Shown: piece after piece, positions 25,340-38,995 of the stretch
How positions within the stretch are numbered: the first letter of the stretch is position 1
Layout: the number at the start of each line of letters is the position of its first letter
Program-made: the position numbers and the translations under genes
Notes under the pieces: model-generated
The model's input: the letters and a program-made list of their open reading frames with translations, nothing else
Databases searched by the model: none
Told to the model about the DNA's origin: nothing
Assembly: GCA_043228905.1 (NCBI GenBank)
Contig: JBHGNT010000009.1
Location: forward strand, 15,686,001-15,750,000
DNA from: Azolla caroliniana
Taxonomy: Eukaryota > Plantae > Polypodiophyta
Length of the DNA: 64,000 nt
Reading direction: 5' to 3'

Positions 25340-28300
25340 GTTTCAATGATGGCAGAAGAATGGCGATCTTTGGACGAAATAGCCAAATCGACTATTCAGA
25401 TGCATCTGGCTGAAAATGTCTACTTTAGTATGGCGAAGTAGTTAGAGCCTGATACCTCCCATATTAACACCTTTAGTCGGGTGTTAACCGAACTCTCCTC
25501 TCAAGGGCTAAATTTTGGAGAAGAAATAAAAGCGCTTGCACTTCTATCGAGCCTGCTAGCAAGTTGGGAGGTATTCTGCACGACAGTCTCGAACAGCTCG
25601 TTGAAGCTAACGCTAGACAAGACTATTGGAACAATACTGTCGGATGATATCCAATGATGATCAATGGGGCACTCCATTGATGATTGTGTAGAATTCCACT
25701 TCTTGGGAGAATCGACTTAAAGAGCAAGCCATAGCCAAAGCCGGCCGAAAAGGAGGGAAGATAGACAACGATCAAAATCACAATTTGGTAGTTCGAACGC
25801 CTTCTACACACATTGCAGAAAGGTCGGCCACAATATTATTGATTGTTGGTATATCAAACGAGGGAATGGAAAGAAAGTTGATCGAAGTCCAAGATCATCA
25901 AAATTGTCTCATTCCCAAATCAACAATCAAGTTAATGTTGCCGAATCCTGGTTGGAAGAGATCCTCTCCCTAGAAGTCTCGTCAATCAGCAAGATACTTT
26001 ATAGAGCACAAGATTCCGGCACCATATTCCATATGACCCACAACATTCAATGGTTTTCGGATTATTCGGCCAAAGCCGGAGGCACAATCCGGCTCGGCAA
26101 TGGGTAGGAATGCAAAATTACAGGGATTATAGAGGTCCCAATTCAACTGTCAAATGACAATATAATCATCCTACACCGTGTTCGGCATGTACTCGAGGTT
26201 AAGAGGAGTTTGGTCGCCATCGACATGTTAGCTGAAGCCGAGTACAGGACAACACTTTGCGAGTTGTCATGGCTGATTACCAAAGGAAATCTCTGAATCG
26301 GTCATGGCAGCAAGTACAATAACTTGTACATGCTAAACATGTTCAATTCGAGGGCACAACCAATGTAATTTAATTTTTGTATGCAACACTATGGCATGGG
26401 CAACTCGGTCATTTGTCACAAGAAGAACTAGAATGGCTAATGGCAATCAACGACATTCCAAAGCTCCAAGCGAAGATGAACTTCTGTGAGAATTGTCGTT
26501 ACGGGAAATAGACCCGAAGTCCGCACTCTCTCCATTACAAGACAGTACGACCACCCCTAGAACTTGTCCACACCGATATATGTGGGTTGATGCCTGAAAG
26601 CTCACTAGGAGGCTCCCCATACTTCATCACGTTCGTTGATGATTGCACTTGGTGTTAACTCTTAGGGCCGGACAATGGCCTAACACAGGGTGTCTACGGA
26701 AGACACTTCACCAAAGGGGTGTTACGCCAAGAGGATTAGGCTCAATGATTAATCCGACTTAATTAGGTTACTTAGCAAGATTGTCCTTAATAATCACACG
26801 CGTAAGATATAACAATGAATGCAGAACGACAATTAACACAGAGAGATAAAAACACTAAGCTTCATTAATTATCCGCTGCTCATTACATTGTATCCGGGCC
26901 TTTAAATAGGTTTCCGGTTTGTAGTACAAAACGGTGCCATCCGCACCTGTTCGGGATCGGTCCGGATCCGGAACAGCATACCGATTCCGGTCCGTCCGTC
27001 CACACTAATAGCTTACTTACAACCATTCCTTAATAATTAAATAACTCCTTCGTTTCACACTCTGGACTACTTTGCCGGCCGGTAACACTTGGAAGGTTTG
27101 GGCTTACTCGATTAAGTCCAAAGATGAAGTGCTAGAAGTCTTCTATGGGTGGATAGTCGAAGTCAAAAATAGATCTGGCCACAAGATGAAAACATTGAAG
27201 TCATACAACGAGGGAGAATACACCTCTAGAGCCTTCGAAAAGTACCCATCCGGAAAGGGGATCTGACATCAAAAAGTAGTTCCTTACACTCCAATGCAGA
27301 ATGACATAGCGTAATGGATGAACCAGACCATTCAAGAGAGGGTGATGACAATGCTCCAACAATCTGGACTAAAGTTGGAGTTCTAGGCCGAAGCATTGCA
27401 GATGGTTGTGTATTTGATCAATCTATCGCCATCAAGAGTAATCCGGCTCCAAGTGCCATAGGCATTATGGTCGGGAAAATAGCCGACCTACGATCAGCTT
27501 CGTATATTCGTATGTGAAGCCTATGAATTTATCCCATGGGAGAAAAGGACCAAGTTGGCGCCCCATTTAACAAACTGTATCTTTCTCGGTTATGGAACCA
27601 ATGGGGAATTTAGATACATGCTATGGGATCCGGAGAACCAAAAACTAATCCAGAGTAGCAATGTAGACTTCAATGAAGACTCAAATTTTTCCGGCCAAAC
27701 CCAACCGAAAATCGACAAAAAGGTCATTTTCAATCTTTCTGGGAAAGAATTGGAAGTAGACATGTTGATCGTTGAATCCAAATCAGTCATTTGGCAAACT
27801 GATGAAACTAACTCAGCCAACAACCCACCTATTGAATCTGAATCGATAGGATGTCTGAAAGTTGGCTCTGAATCGGCTAGACGATTGACTAGAGCCCAAT
27901 TGGCTAAAGTGTCCAACGGCCGATCCGAACCACCCAATGCACCAATAACACGGTCAATCACTCTCAAGGAAGAGGTGGATCCAACACCAACGCAAGACAA
28001 ATGCCATCACAGATCACCCCCCGATCTCCTTGCAACAAAGGTTCAGTGAATGTTGATCAAACACCAAACCCGATCGAAGAATCCAAACAAACAAAAGCAA
28101 CACCTAGAAGATCCTGACGAGTTCGAAGAGACCTAGACTACATCAACTATATGGATGTAGGCGAATCATGCTCCGACAAGGAAGCTATAGCTGTGCCGGA
28201 TGCCGACACATGGCTACAAGCCATGAGATCCGAAATTAATTGAATTTGAGAAAATGATACATGGGAGCTAGTCAAGCTGCCAGTCGGAAGAAAGTCATTG

Positions 28301-30278
28301 CCTTGCAAATGGGTCTACAGATACAAATATGTATTTGGTTTAGACAGGACCAAATACAAAGCTCGGCTCGTTGCGAAGGAATTCAAACAAGAACACGGTG
28401 TCGACTACGATGAGATCTTCTCTCTAGTAGTCAAGATGACGACCCTCTAGCTCATTCTCGGAGTCGTAGCAATTGAAGACCTTGAGCTTGAGCAACTAGA
28501 CATAAAGACAACGTTCCTTCACAGAGATCTGGAAGAGGACATATACATGTCCCAACAGGCATGCTTTACGGCGATGGTGGAGGAAGGTCACCTCGTATAT
28601 CGGCTAAAGAAGATCCAAGAATGTGTTATCAGAAATTTGATACCTACATCCGACAGCTTGGATACAACTGGTCGAACTCCGACCCATGTATGTACATCTA
28701 GCAATTGGTCGATGAGTTCCGAATCTACCTTATCCTGTATGTCGACGACATGCTTATCGTTGGCAACGATAAACTAAGATCAGAAAGCTGAAGCAAAGGC
28801 TTCATGAAAAATTCTCAATGAAGGAACTTAGAGAATCCCGATATATACTAGGCATACGGATAGAGCAAAATCGGATGAAGAAGATCCTCCAGCACTCCCA
28901 ATCCGACTACATATGAAAGGTGCTAAAGTGCTTCAACATAGAGAATGCGAAGCCGGCACCGACACCGCTTCCAATGTCGCTCCAACTATTGGACATGGAT
29001 TCTCCTTCCATGGAGGAAGAGAGATTGATCATGAGCTGAATTCCCTACGCATCGGCCATAAGAAGTCTCATGTATGCAATGGTGGTGACCTAACCTAACC
29101 TTATGCCGTAGGAGTTACCAACCACTACATGTCAAAACCTGGACGAAAGCATAGGGAAGTTGTGAAGAATATATTCTGTTACCTGTGCGGCATCGAAGAT
29201 TTACAATTGACATTCGGATCGGCTTGTCGAAGTCAAAGTTTTACAGATTCCGATTGTGCCGGCAACCTTGACAATCATAAATCCACGTCAGGATATGTCT
29301 TCACCTAAGGAGGCAACACCATCTCACGGAGATTGAAGCTTCAGCATTGCATGACACTCTCGACAACATAGGCCAAGTATATAGCCGCATAAGAAGCAAC
29401 CAAGGAAGCCATTGGGATGCATTGATTGTCGGTCAAGTTTTCAGTTGATAGCCAAACTGACCATTTGGCATCGATCCTACATTGCGACTCATAGAGTGCA
29501 ATACACCTCATCCAGAATCCGGTGTACCATGCAAAAACAAAGCATACTAAGATGAGGAACCACCATATTCGGGAGCTTGTCACTGACAAGAAGTTCAACG
29601 TTCAGAAAGTGGATACCGAGGTGAACATCGTCGATAGCCTCGCAAAGCCACTCCCAGATCAATGCTTCGACACACTAAGAAGACAAATGGGACTACAACA
29701 AGAGAGCAAGCGAAATGGAGCCAAACATGAAGAAGCGAAAGGAAAGTTGGAAATCGGTACGACTATACGAGTTGGAACGGCAAAGTCCAAAGGGTCAAAC
29801 AGTCGAAAGGATGTAAGTGTAGCTCAGTACAAGGAACCGAAAGGACGGAGGATGATCTAAGGATGAACAAAACAGGAAGTCGATCGTCGATCCAACAAAG
29901 AGCACAGGGACCAACGTACGTGAAGAACTGAATTGGACACTAGTCAATTCAGACAACTAGCCGAGTCGACTAAACCAACTATACCTCTACCGATTCGGCT
30001 ACTAGCCGATCAGCTTGTAACATACATACTGTAGATTAAGTTTAAATTGTAATTTGAGCTTACGGGGGAGATAACACCATATCATTGTATGCAAACATAA
30101 TAGTGCTTTTACGGGGGATTTTGTTGGGCTCAAAGTTCGACTCTACCCATTTCTGTCCCAGTGTGAACATGTCCTCACAGTTAGGGCTAAGTTACCCTAA
30201 CTATATATGTGAGAGATTATGTATTGTAATATAGTTAGGTGATAATGAAAAGTTTTGTCTCTTGATCAAACTCAATAA

Positions 30279-30312
<34 letters not shown>

Positions 30313-30447
30313 TTGTGCATACCTTCTTCACAGGAATAGTGAATCTGGACCTCCATCCGATTAGTTGTTTGTTTGCTAACTCCACACAAAGAATCCTCAT
30401 ACACTTCCGCATCCGTCGGCCGTCATCTCATCTATCATCGGTCAACA
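25340..30447 (+). mobile_element. Ty1/Copia family C, decayed (gag-PR-IN-RT-RH, PPT, 3' LTR 30122-30447)
   Basis: gag STIQMHLAENV; integrase [12 protein letters not shown] and CIFLGYG; RT LPCKWV, KARLVAK, YVDDMLI; RNase H YHAKTKH. PPT acggggga at ~30111-30118, then TGTTGG...TCAACA. Confidence 0.9.
26653..27087 (-). mobile_element. Solo LTR nested in Copia C integrase
   Basis: tgttaac...ggtaaca with a perfect 5-bp TSD CTTGG. Removal restores DDCTWKVWAY. Confidence 0.85.
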
Positions 30448-31195
30448 CAAATACACACAATGTCAACAGATGGAAAGGAAAATCTCAAGTCTAAGTTCAA
30501 TCATATGGTAAGGCTTGGCTTGATAACTATGAAATTTTTGTTTTGGAGTCACATGGGCAAAGATCATGGCCTTTACAACAATGCACACCGAGTTTCATAT
30601 TGTGGGGTAATGCCAAATATACCTCAACTATATTTGGTGATTAGTAGTTGCAATGCCTATTCTTCTAGTCCCCAATTTGGACTTACTAAAAGAGAAAAAA
30701 GATATTTAGGGTTTCTTTTTGCTCAAGAGAGTGGTGCAAGAGAGAGATAGAGAGAGAAAAAGGAGGTACGCAAAGAGGGAGGGGATTGTTTATGAGATTC
30801 ATGGAAAGCAACTACATAGAAGAAAGGCGCACGAGAGTAGCAATCGACAATGGTTCGGTTCAGTTTGAGAGTGTCCAAACCAAATTGTTTAAAATGTTTG
30901 AAACCCTAACCGAACCACAAAACTGTTAAAACCATGGCTTTGTGGTTTGGTTTTGGTTTTCAACTTAGGTCAAAATTCAAATTTTAAAATTTTAAAATTT
31001 TCATTATTTAAAAATTTAAAGTTTTTTCCTAAAATGTGAGAATTAGGCTTAAAAATGAAAAGGTTGTTTAAAACTGTTTACTTTTTTTTTAATTTAAAAA
31101 ATTAAAAACCATCAAACCATTAAATCGTTTCAACCATGGTTTTTAACTGTTAAAACCGAACCGAACCGTTTACCCCACAAACCGAACCAAACCGT

Positions 31196-32331
31196 TGTTG
31201 TGAAGATCCGTCACTACGTGCAGATCGCGAGGCGGAACCGCTGGGGTTCTGGACCAGAAGGAATCGAAGTTTGCACAAGCTTTAGCGAGAAAGTATTTAA
31301 GATAGATCGAAAGAGAGAGATTGAGATAGAATAGAACGCTTGATTTTAGATTGAGAGAGAGATTCAGATTGAACTCTTGACTTTAGAATTGAAGAACAAG
31401 ATTAATACATCAATTGGATAACGAATTTTCTTCTTAATATTAATTTTGATATCAAGTACAAAGCTTGCTTTGATAAGAATTTTACATTCCAAAATCCCCC
31501 TTTGATCTTTTTCATCCCCTCTTTTATAAATGCCCTCACGCATTTGAGGGTTCAAGACATGCATAAAATGCATGTTTGTCATTTGGCGCTCATGTATTAC
31601 ATGTGGTGCATGATAACCACGTCACTCATTTTAGCTCTCATGTATGAGAATTTACATATAAAGTTACAATGATAAAAATATTATTTTAAGAAAATGTTTT
31701 GGCTTAGTGGTAAGCCTATAGACTCTCAACTTGGAGGTGCAAGGTTCAAATCCACACTTGCACTCCTTGTGTATATATATATATATGTGTATACATTTAT
31801 TTATTTATTTATTTATATATCTATCCGGTCGCTGGTTGCCGGATGCCGGTCACCGTTCGGTCGCCGAATGCTGGATGCCGGTTACCGTTCAATCACCGGG
31901 TCTCGGTTCCGTTGTCGGTTCGGTTTTGGTTGAGCAAAACCTTTACAAGTAGCTAGGCCACACCCATTCATCCAATAGCTTAGTTGAAGTCACCTTGACC
32001 TCTCTATGCTCCACACATAGACACAAAGATAATAACTTTTGCTCTGCCTTATATATGGTGAGATCCTTATTTCCTGTCTATGTGGGATATCTCACAATTT
32101 TATTTTTCTCTTCTTCCTTCTTATACTTCACTCCCACATAACTTGTCACTTAGATGTCCGTTTTTTATGTGGTAAAGCACATTTGAAAGCTCTTGAAGAC
32201 CTCCATCTTTTTGTACTAAGATATTAAATATATTTAAATTAGTATCTTCACTATTATTGTTTTATATGAATCACACTCGATTTCGTATGTTTTATTTGAT
32301 TTTCACACCATTGCCGAAAATCTTCACGACA
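31196..32331 (-). mobile_element. Solo LTR-like element (TGTCG...CGACA group), 4-bp TSD CCGT
   Basis: Termini tgttgtgaagat / atcttcacgaca with a perfect ccgt duplication. 31960-32230 is homologous to 41400-41670. Confidence 0.85.
31693..31766 (+). promoter_or_regulatory. tRNA-like Pol III A-box/B-box module inside LTR-like element
   Basis: TGGCTTAGTGG (31700-31710) and GGTTCAAATCC (31743-31753) lie at tRNA-like spacing. No complete cloverleaf could be folded by eye. Confidence 0.55.
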
Positions 32332-33882
32332 CCGTTAAAATAAACTTGAACCTAAACCGAACCGTTTACGACATTAAGCCACGGTTTCGCGGTTCAATTT
32401 GGTTCAAACCAAACCGTTGACGATTGTTAATCGAGAGCTCAAGCCACCATATTTCGAAGACTTTCCTCGATTATTTTCCCATTAAAATTCACCCTACATT
32501 AAAAGGGTTTTCTCATTCTAATTAAATGGGTCCTTAATCTAACATTTATGTGTAAAAAGTTTGTTAATTTTAGCCGTAACTAATCTCACTGTCTTACAAT
32601 GTTGTCCAACGTCTCCATAAGAGAGTGCTCAAACAAAATCAAATTCATGAATAGGCCTCCATTCCAGGAGTGCCCATTGAATACTTGAGAGCCCCTTGGA
32701 TGTTTGGACAACATTTCAAACGGTTTTTCATTTAATAGAGCTAGAGCTTTAACCTTCATACTCATATATAATTTTGTCCTTTTACTAGAGCTTAGGTATT
32801 GGGGTACGTTTGAGAAATGGCTTTATGTTTTCATGGTCTCCATGAATTACAACATTAGGTTCAAGGTTGCAAGGAAAATTGATTTGGTAGTTTTCCCAAC
32901 TAACCTCTGCGAGCACCTTGTTCCCGAAGGAGTAAACTTATCATCACTAAGTATTGCAACAACTTAGGGGTTTACTTTGCAATACGATACTTAGGATGGG
33001 AAGGGTTATTTATACAAACATATATTTTTGGAGAGAGAGAGAGAGAGAGGGTTTAGCTCAAAACTGAAAACTAAAGAAGAGACTTAAAAGAGCACCAAAT
33101 TGACCTTTATAGTCTATTCAATTATTTGGGCCTCTTGCATGCTACTATGGCCACACAAATTTGTCTCTTCCTTTATGTCTCTTGGCCTTTTTCCTTTGTT
33201 ATGGAGTTTTTCGTTGGTACCAATGCAAATGTTGTAAGAAAGACATGGAAAGTGAAGCATATGAAAAGTACTTAACACATGTGGGACGCCTCTCAATTGA
33301 TTGAAGTGGATACTCTAGCTATCCCATTTACACTCACATCATTACTAGATTGTTCGTAACTTTTATTATTATATTGTTCCTAACTTTTATGTGTACTTGC
33401 ATAGAAGCTTCTATCTAAACAAAGCCCATTCTTTTGAATAAAGTATTTGGTTATGCTTCATTTATAGTTGTGCCTACACTATTATTTGTAGTTTCATTCT
33501 AGAATTAACATGATTTTTCTTAAAACCTTGTCTTGGTGAGTCTTTTGTACTCTCTCTCTCCTCGTACACATATGCACACACATCTTATTTAATATATTCC
33601 ATATAGTTAGAGTCGCAACTATCCTTTGGTTTTGACAATATAGTTTTGAAACAACTAGGATATTAATCATAATAAATAAAATAGGAGTGACATGTACCAA
33701 ATGGAAGTGAGAAGGCATGTTGATAGTTGACTTATTCAATTTAGTGACAACCAAAGAAATGCCTTCCCTGATTATGATGAAAGAACCTTCATAACATTGA
33801 TGTGATAACTCATTCAGGCTCATAGACTAAGAATTGTTAGACCATTGACACGGGAACACAAAACAACTTGTGGACCACATAT

Positions 33883-34276
33883 TGTTAGGAAGATAACACC
33901 TATTGTAAACAATTAAGTATGTGATTCTGTGCAACAGAAATGAATTAGAGGTATTTGTGTGTGTGTGGGAAGAGGAGAGAGAGAGAGAGTCGACACAAGG
34001 TACACAGAAAACACAAAACTATATTTCACAAGAATGATTACCAACATCTTATAAAGGAGAGGAGTGCTTATATAGTCACCTTCTCTCGACACTCTCTTAC
34101 TAAACCTACCTCTCTGGAAAGGGGGGAAACCTTATCTACCTCATAACTATGTGTCATAGGAGCTACATCTATGACACATTAGTTATTGGTACATGGTAAT
34201 GGTGTGTTCACACACTTGTATATTCCTAAAGGTATACGCTCACACACTAGGGGGAAGTTGGGTTTTATTCTCAACA
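33883..34276 (-). mobile_element. Probable solo LTR
   Basis: tgttagg...ctcaaca termini, GA-rich end and TATA. The TSD matches only 3/5 (catat/cttac). Confidence 0.45.
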
Positions 34277-34499
34277 CTTACTTTGTGTCTAGTGATGTTT
34301 ACAAGAAAGAAACCAAATACATTGGATGGTCACATATAAGCACAAACTTCATAAAAATGATAAAGAAATATTTACTATTGTACGATGAGGGTGGACATTA
34401 TTCACAAAGTGGGGCATATCACTTTCATATGAAGAAAAGACAAAAAGGAAAAGAGTCTAGAGTTGTACGTAATTGATAACTTCAACAACCAATGTGGAA

Positions 34500-36090
34500 A
34501 GTTCATAGAATAGATCTTAACGTTAAATCAAGTCATGGCGGAAATTGACACTAATGATGCCCATATTAATGGCAATTGCGACATTTATTCATTGTAATGT
34601 CAACCAACTGAAAATGCAAGAAAACTCATTTATAAAGGAATTACAAGAGACCCTAATATAAACTAAGAAAGTGTTAGACTCTATTATTTGATCTAACTAC
34701 TTATTAACAACAAATGACAATAGTTTCTATTTACAGTGTAGTGTCTTTGAGAATACAAATGTAAATGTTGTTATTAGCAAACATCGTCTAAACATAATGA
34801 ACATTGACTCGCTTATTTCTAAATGGAATAATAAAATTAGATCACGTAAGGAACATCAAAACAATTTTCATACTGCCAATTGCATTATTTACTACAAATC
34901 TTATGATGCTTTTACATTGGAAAACAATGTGTCTTAAGACGGCATGAATAATGTCAATAAGAAAATATGAAAAATCATTTCTTGAACTACATAAATAAAA
35001 TTCATTTAGCATGCATCATATCAAACTAAATCTAGGAATTATTTCTTCAATGAATCTATTAAACATATTCGTCAACTTGAAGTCTAAAGAGGTAAGATTG
35101 TAAACCTAATCAATCAACACTTCTTTAAACTACCATTGACATTCCCATGTCAGTGTTAACTATGTGCAAATTGCAGAACTACACAATCAAAACGGTTGAG
35201 TAGGAGAAAATAGGTAAGACACTAACGACATATAGTTCTAAATTTTCCCTCTTTCAAGATTGATCTATCTAGGGTTAATGATGCAAATCCCTCTATATAT
35301 GAAATGTTATATAAATCGATTAGTGAGAATCTTGGGCAACAACTCATGATTGTTGGGATAACTGGTCCCTCCGGATGGGATGAGCTTGGAAAGTCGGATC
35401 GGCCGAGAGTCGACTGGTTGAGAGCCGAATCGGATGAAGGTCATAGTTGATTAGAGTCTATATTTGTAAATAACCCATATTGTGTATGAGTATAAATACA
35501 CCTAGGGAAAACATTATGTGTGTGTGAACGTACAAAGATCAGAGTGGCGCAACAGAAGGTAATCGGCTATGGCCTTCATCCTATTCGGCTATCAGCTGGT
35601 CAACTCCCGACTGATTCAACTTTCCAAGCTCATCCCATCCGAAGGGACCAATTATCCCAACAATGATGACCTTGGAGCAAGATATAAATGAAGACGAGGT
35701 GGAGTGTGTTCTTTTAGATATTTCTAACGACAAAAGCCCATGTTGGGATGAAATACAAATAAGTCTTTTAGCGCTTACCAATGAAATGTCTTCTTAACCT
35801 TCATGATACATTGAATGTGCAAATAGTTGTGGATTGAAACGAGAAAAGAAAGTGTACTAATTGACCTAGATTGAGAACAGTTATGATCATGTACATCTGT
35901 CATTTGTTGCCCAACTTATGTTTCATATGCATTTTGGTGCAAGGATGTCTCACTTGTTAAGTACCTGCCTTATGAAACACGACCAACAAAGATATAAATA
36001 TTCCTATCAACAATCCAACCATGGGGGCAAGAGAGGAGGTAAGAGAAAAGGTTTAATTAGAGCTAGATCCTTGTGGCCACCACAATGCGG
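34500..36090 (+). mobile_element. Highly decayed LINE ORF2 remnant
   Basis: Across the 35351-35662 insertion the frame reads LGQQLMMTLEQDINEDEVECVLLDISNDKSPCWD, resembling the L1 KSPGxDG region. Boundaries are uncertain. Confidence 0.4.
35351..35662. mobile_element. 312-bp TG...CA element with ~100-bp terminal inverted repeats and 5-bp TSD
   Basis: tgttgggataactggtccctccggatgggatgagcttggaaagt... versus ...actttccaagctcatcccatccgaagggaccaattatcccaaca. TSD ATGAT on both sides. Central TATAAATA. Confidence 0.88.
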
Positions 36091-36569
36091 AAGGGGACAA
36101 TACTTTTGTAAATAATTTTAAAGTTCACTTTTCTACCTTTTTTGTTCTCTCAATCATTTGTTGGGGGTGGGACCTTTCTATACTCTCTTGATTGTGAGAT
36201 GAGTAGAGTGGTTGCAAGTCACTCTCGAGCCACTAGGCTCGTATAGTTGGACCTAACAAACTCACACTCACCCTTACAAGGCTATCTTCACTAAGAAAAA
36301 CAAATAAGAACATCCTATATGTCATGGACATGACAACAGTCATGTCATGATTCAAACTCTTGACCTATTGTATTTAATCGATATGTTTTAACCAATGCAT
36401 CCAATACATAATCATGTTACCTTATTAGATTATTGTAGATTATCTATTCTACATGTAGGATTTTAGAAGCTTCCAGAAAGATCCAGAAGTTAGAACATTC
36501 TAGAAGCTTGTGCATGAAAATGGGTCTTTGCATGGGGCTACATTTAGAGCCCATAAACATGTATAAATA

Positions 36570-38180
36570 CAGGCCGAGAGTCGGATCAAATGAAGACTGA
36601 TCGGTTAGGACTGGATCGGATCGGTGAGCCGGATTGGAGAACCGGATATGCGAGGAGCCTGTAGGCCGGTAGAGGCCTATACTCCTAGCTTAGAAGTTAG
36701 TTATATTTCTAGGAGTTAGTGTCAATAGTTCATTTATGAGCATTGACGTACTTGTCAGTTCTTCTGACCGTCCTTTATGGACTTGTATAAAAGTGCTCAC
36801 TGAGCACATTTGTATGTATAGAGAACATTTTATTTTTGAATAAAGTTTTCTAGTCTTCTACTCTCTCTCTATCTCTCTCGTGTACTGTCCCTTCTTCCAT
36901 TTGCTTCTCTGTGTTTTGTGTTGCTATCTGGCTGAGCCGATTGAGTTCTGCAAATTAATCTTTTCATGGTATTAGAGCTCGAGGGTTGAGAATCCCCTGC
37001 TACCGACAAGTATAAACAAGAAGATGGACACAGGAATGGGTGGTGCTCTTCCGACAGAGATGTTGGATAGAAGCAACTACGCATCTTGGGAGTACAAAAT
37101 GCACCAGTACCTGCTCGGGGATGGCTACTGGAGTTACATCCAAGGAGAAAACGAAGTAGCGCCAGAGTCGGCACACAAGGAGTTTCGGGTTTCGGAACAA
37201 GGAGCAAGCAGAGTCTTGTATTGCCTTGCATGTTGTGTGTTGCACGATCAGATAATGGGCTACATTTGAGATAAAAAGACACTGAAGGAAGCCTGGGAAA
37301 ATCTTAGGAAGATTTTCGCCGCAAGTACCATGACCCAGAAGTTGCAGCTCCGTCAAGAGCTCAACAATATCTGACAGAGGGATATGTCAGTGACCGACTA
37401 CACCACCAAAATCAAGGAAGTATGTGACGCATTGGGGTTCATCAATGTGACAGTGGATGATGATGAAATGGTATAGATTTGCCTCAATGGTCTAGTTTAG
37501 AGGTATGGGCCAATTCAGACGGCTATTTACACAAGGGAGAAACCACCGTCGTTTTTCAACCTACAATCAATGCTCTTGGAATAAGAAAACCACGCAGGTG
37601 CGTCAAGGAGCATGCAATTTGATAGTCGGATGTTGTATATGGAGGCAGATCGGCCTCGTGGTTGTGGAGGAAGAGGTGGATCGGCACGCAATGGTGGTGG
37701 CCGACAAGAGCAGAATCAAAGGCATAATCGACATGCAAGCAAGTGGAGTCAAGGCGGTGCCGAAAACCGGCAAGCAAAGGCTGAGGCGGAATGTTGGTAT
37801 TGTGGCTGGAAAGGCCACAAGGAAAGCGAGTACTGGAAAAACAAGGCTGATTCGGATAAATCTGGATAGAGGAAAGCTGAACACCGGAATCGGCACTGTT
37901 CGCACTACGCCGACGGATTGGAAGGACCCAAAACCGAAAAGGGCTTGTACTTTGTGATGAATCACAATGCCAAATCGATGACGACAAATGCCTCGAAACC
38001 AAATGAGGTGTGGTATGTTGATTCCGGAGCATTGAACCACATGACGAGCCACAAGGAGTGGTTCTCATATTTGGAGAAATCGGAACAACCCGGGGTTGTC
38101 AAGACCGGTGACAACACCTTTCATCCCATCGAGCATGTTGGTGATGTCCCTCTGAGCCATGTCGGAGGGAAGGGGAACTC
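36570..38180 (+). mobile_element. Ty1/Copia family A fragment (partial LTR to 36966, PBS, gag-PR)
   Basis: PBS tggtattagagc at 36967-36978. gag LDRSNYASWEYKMHQYL, zinc knuckle CWYCGWKGHKESE, protease WYVDSGALNHMT. The LTR left boundary is uncertain. Confidence 0.85.
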
Positions 38181-38194
38181 GGCCTCAACCGAGT

Positions 38195-38658
38195 TGAATG
38201 CAGGATGGGAGAAAAAACAAAGAGAAACAAGAAAAATATATGTGCACAAGATATATCGTGGAAAACCCCGAATAGGGTAAAAACCACTAGTGCCCATAGA
38301 CGCCGAACATATCACTATAAGAGAGATATACAACGAGATGAACATACACATGCACCGACCTGAGCTCGTTCACTTCGCCGACTAGCAGTAACAACGGAGA
38401 CACCCTCACACGCTTCCTCTATTTTGGCTATGGAGGTAATGACCTTGCATGTGCTAGTTACACACAAACAACTTACACTCTTTGTAAACACACACACACT
38501 ATACACACATAAGGTTGGCCCTATTTATCTTTATACTTAGATAACTTTCGAGTTGTTTACATAATTGGCCAAAGTAGGCTCCACTCAAACCTATTTACAT
38601 TTTCCTTTGTGTTGAATTCGGCCCACTCAAAAGGAACCTAATTCTCAACAAACTCCCT
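38195..38658 (-). mobile_element. 3' LTR (to 38650) plus PPT remnant of another minus-strand LTR element
   Basis: The minus strand reads agggagtt followed by TGTTGAGAAT. The U5 motif gtggtttttaccctattcggggttttccacg resembles the Copia D LTR near 44593-44622. Confidence 0.6.
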
Positions 38659-38957
38659 TGTTACCGTACGAGATGTACAGAGAGTAGAGCGTGATGAGCG
38701 ATGGTCGAATGCTATAATGTTGTTGATGTGTATGAGTAAATGTGCACAAGTATAATTGTAAGTATGAGTCAAGTATGTGAACACATGCACACATGTGTGC
38801 ATGTGGACATATACGAAGAGGTGTGAGTGAGTGATTGGTGTGAATGGCCAAGGGGGCTTGCACTCCTATGTATCTACCCCCACTTGTAACTATTTAACCC
38901 CTATATGGGGAATGAATGAACACGGAAGTTTTTTCTCTCTCTCTCTCTCTCTCTCTT

Positions 38958-38995
<38 letters not shown>

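Larger units (their letters stand above)
30838..32429. mobile_element. hAT-type MITE (interrupted)
   Basis: TIRs tagcaatcgacaatggtt / aaccgttgacgattgtta. Many AACCG(AACC) subterminal motifs. 8-bp TSD cacgagag/atcgagag (6/8 match). Confidence 0.75.

Noticed and set aside
31693-31766. Functional tRNA gene
   Set aside because: A/B boxes are present, but no convincing acceptor or anticodon stems could be folded. Reported as a tRNA-like module instead.
32430-33880. AT-rich interval with short ORFs
   Set aside because: No recognisable motifs, termini or splice-consistent gene model.
36340-36405. Possible degenerate tRNA-derived SINE on the minus strand
   Set aside because: A/B-box matches are weak, and no TSD or tail is identifiable.
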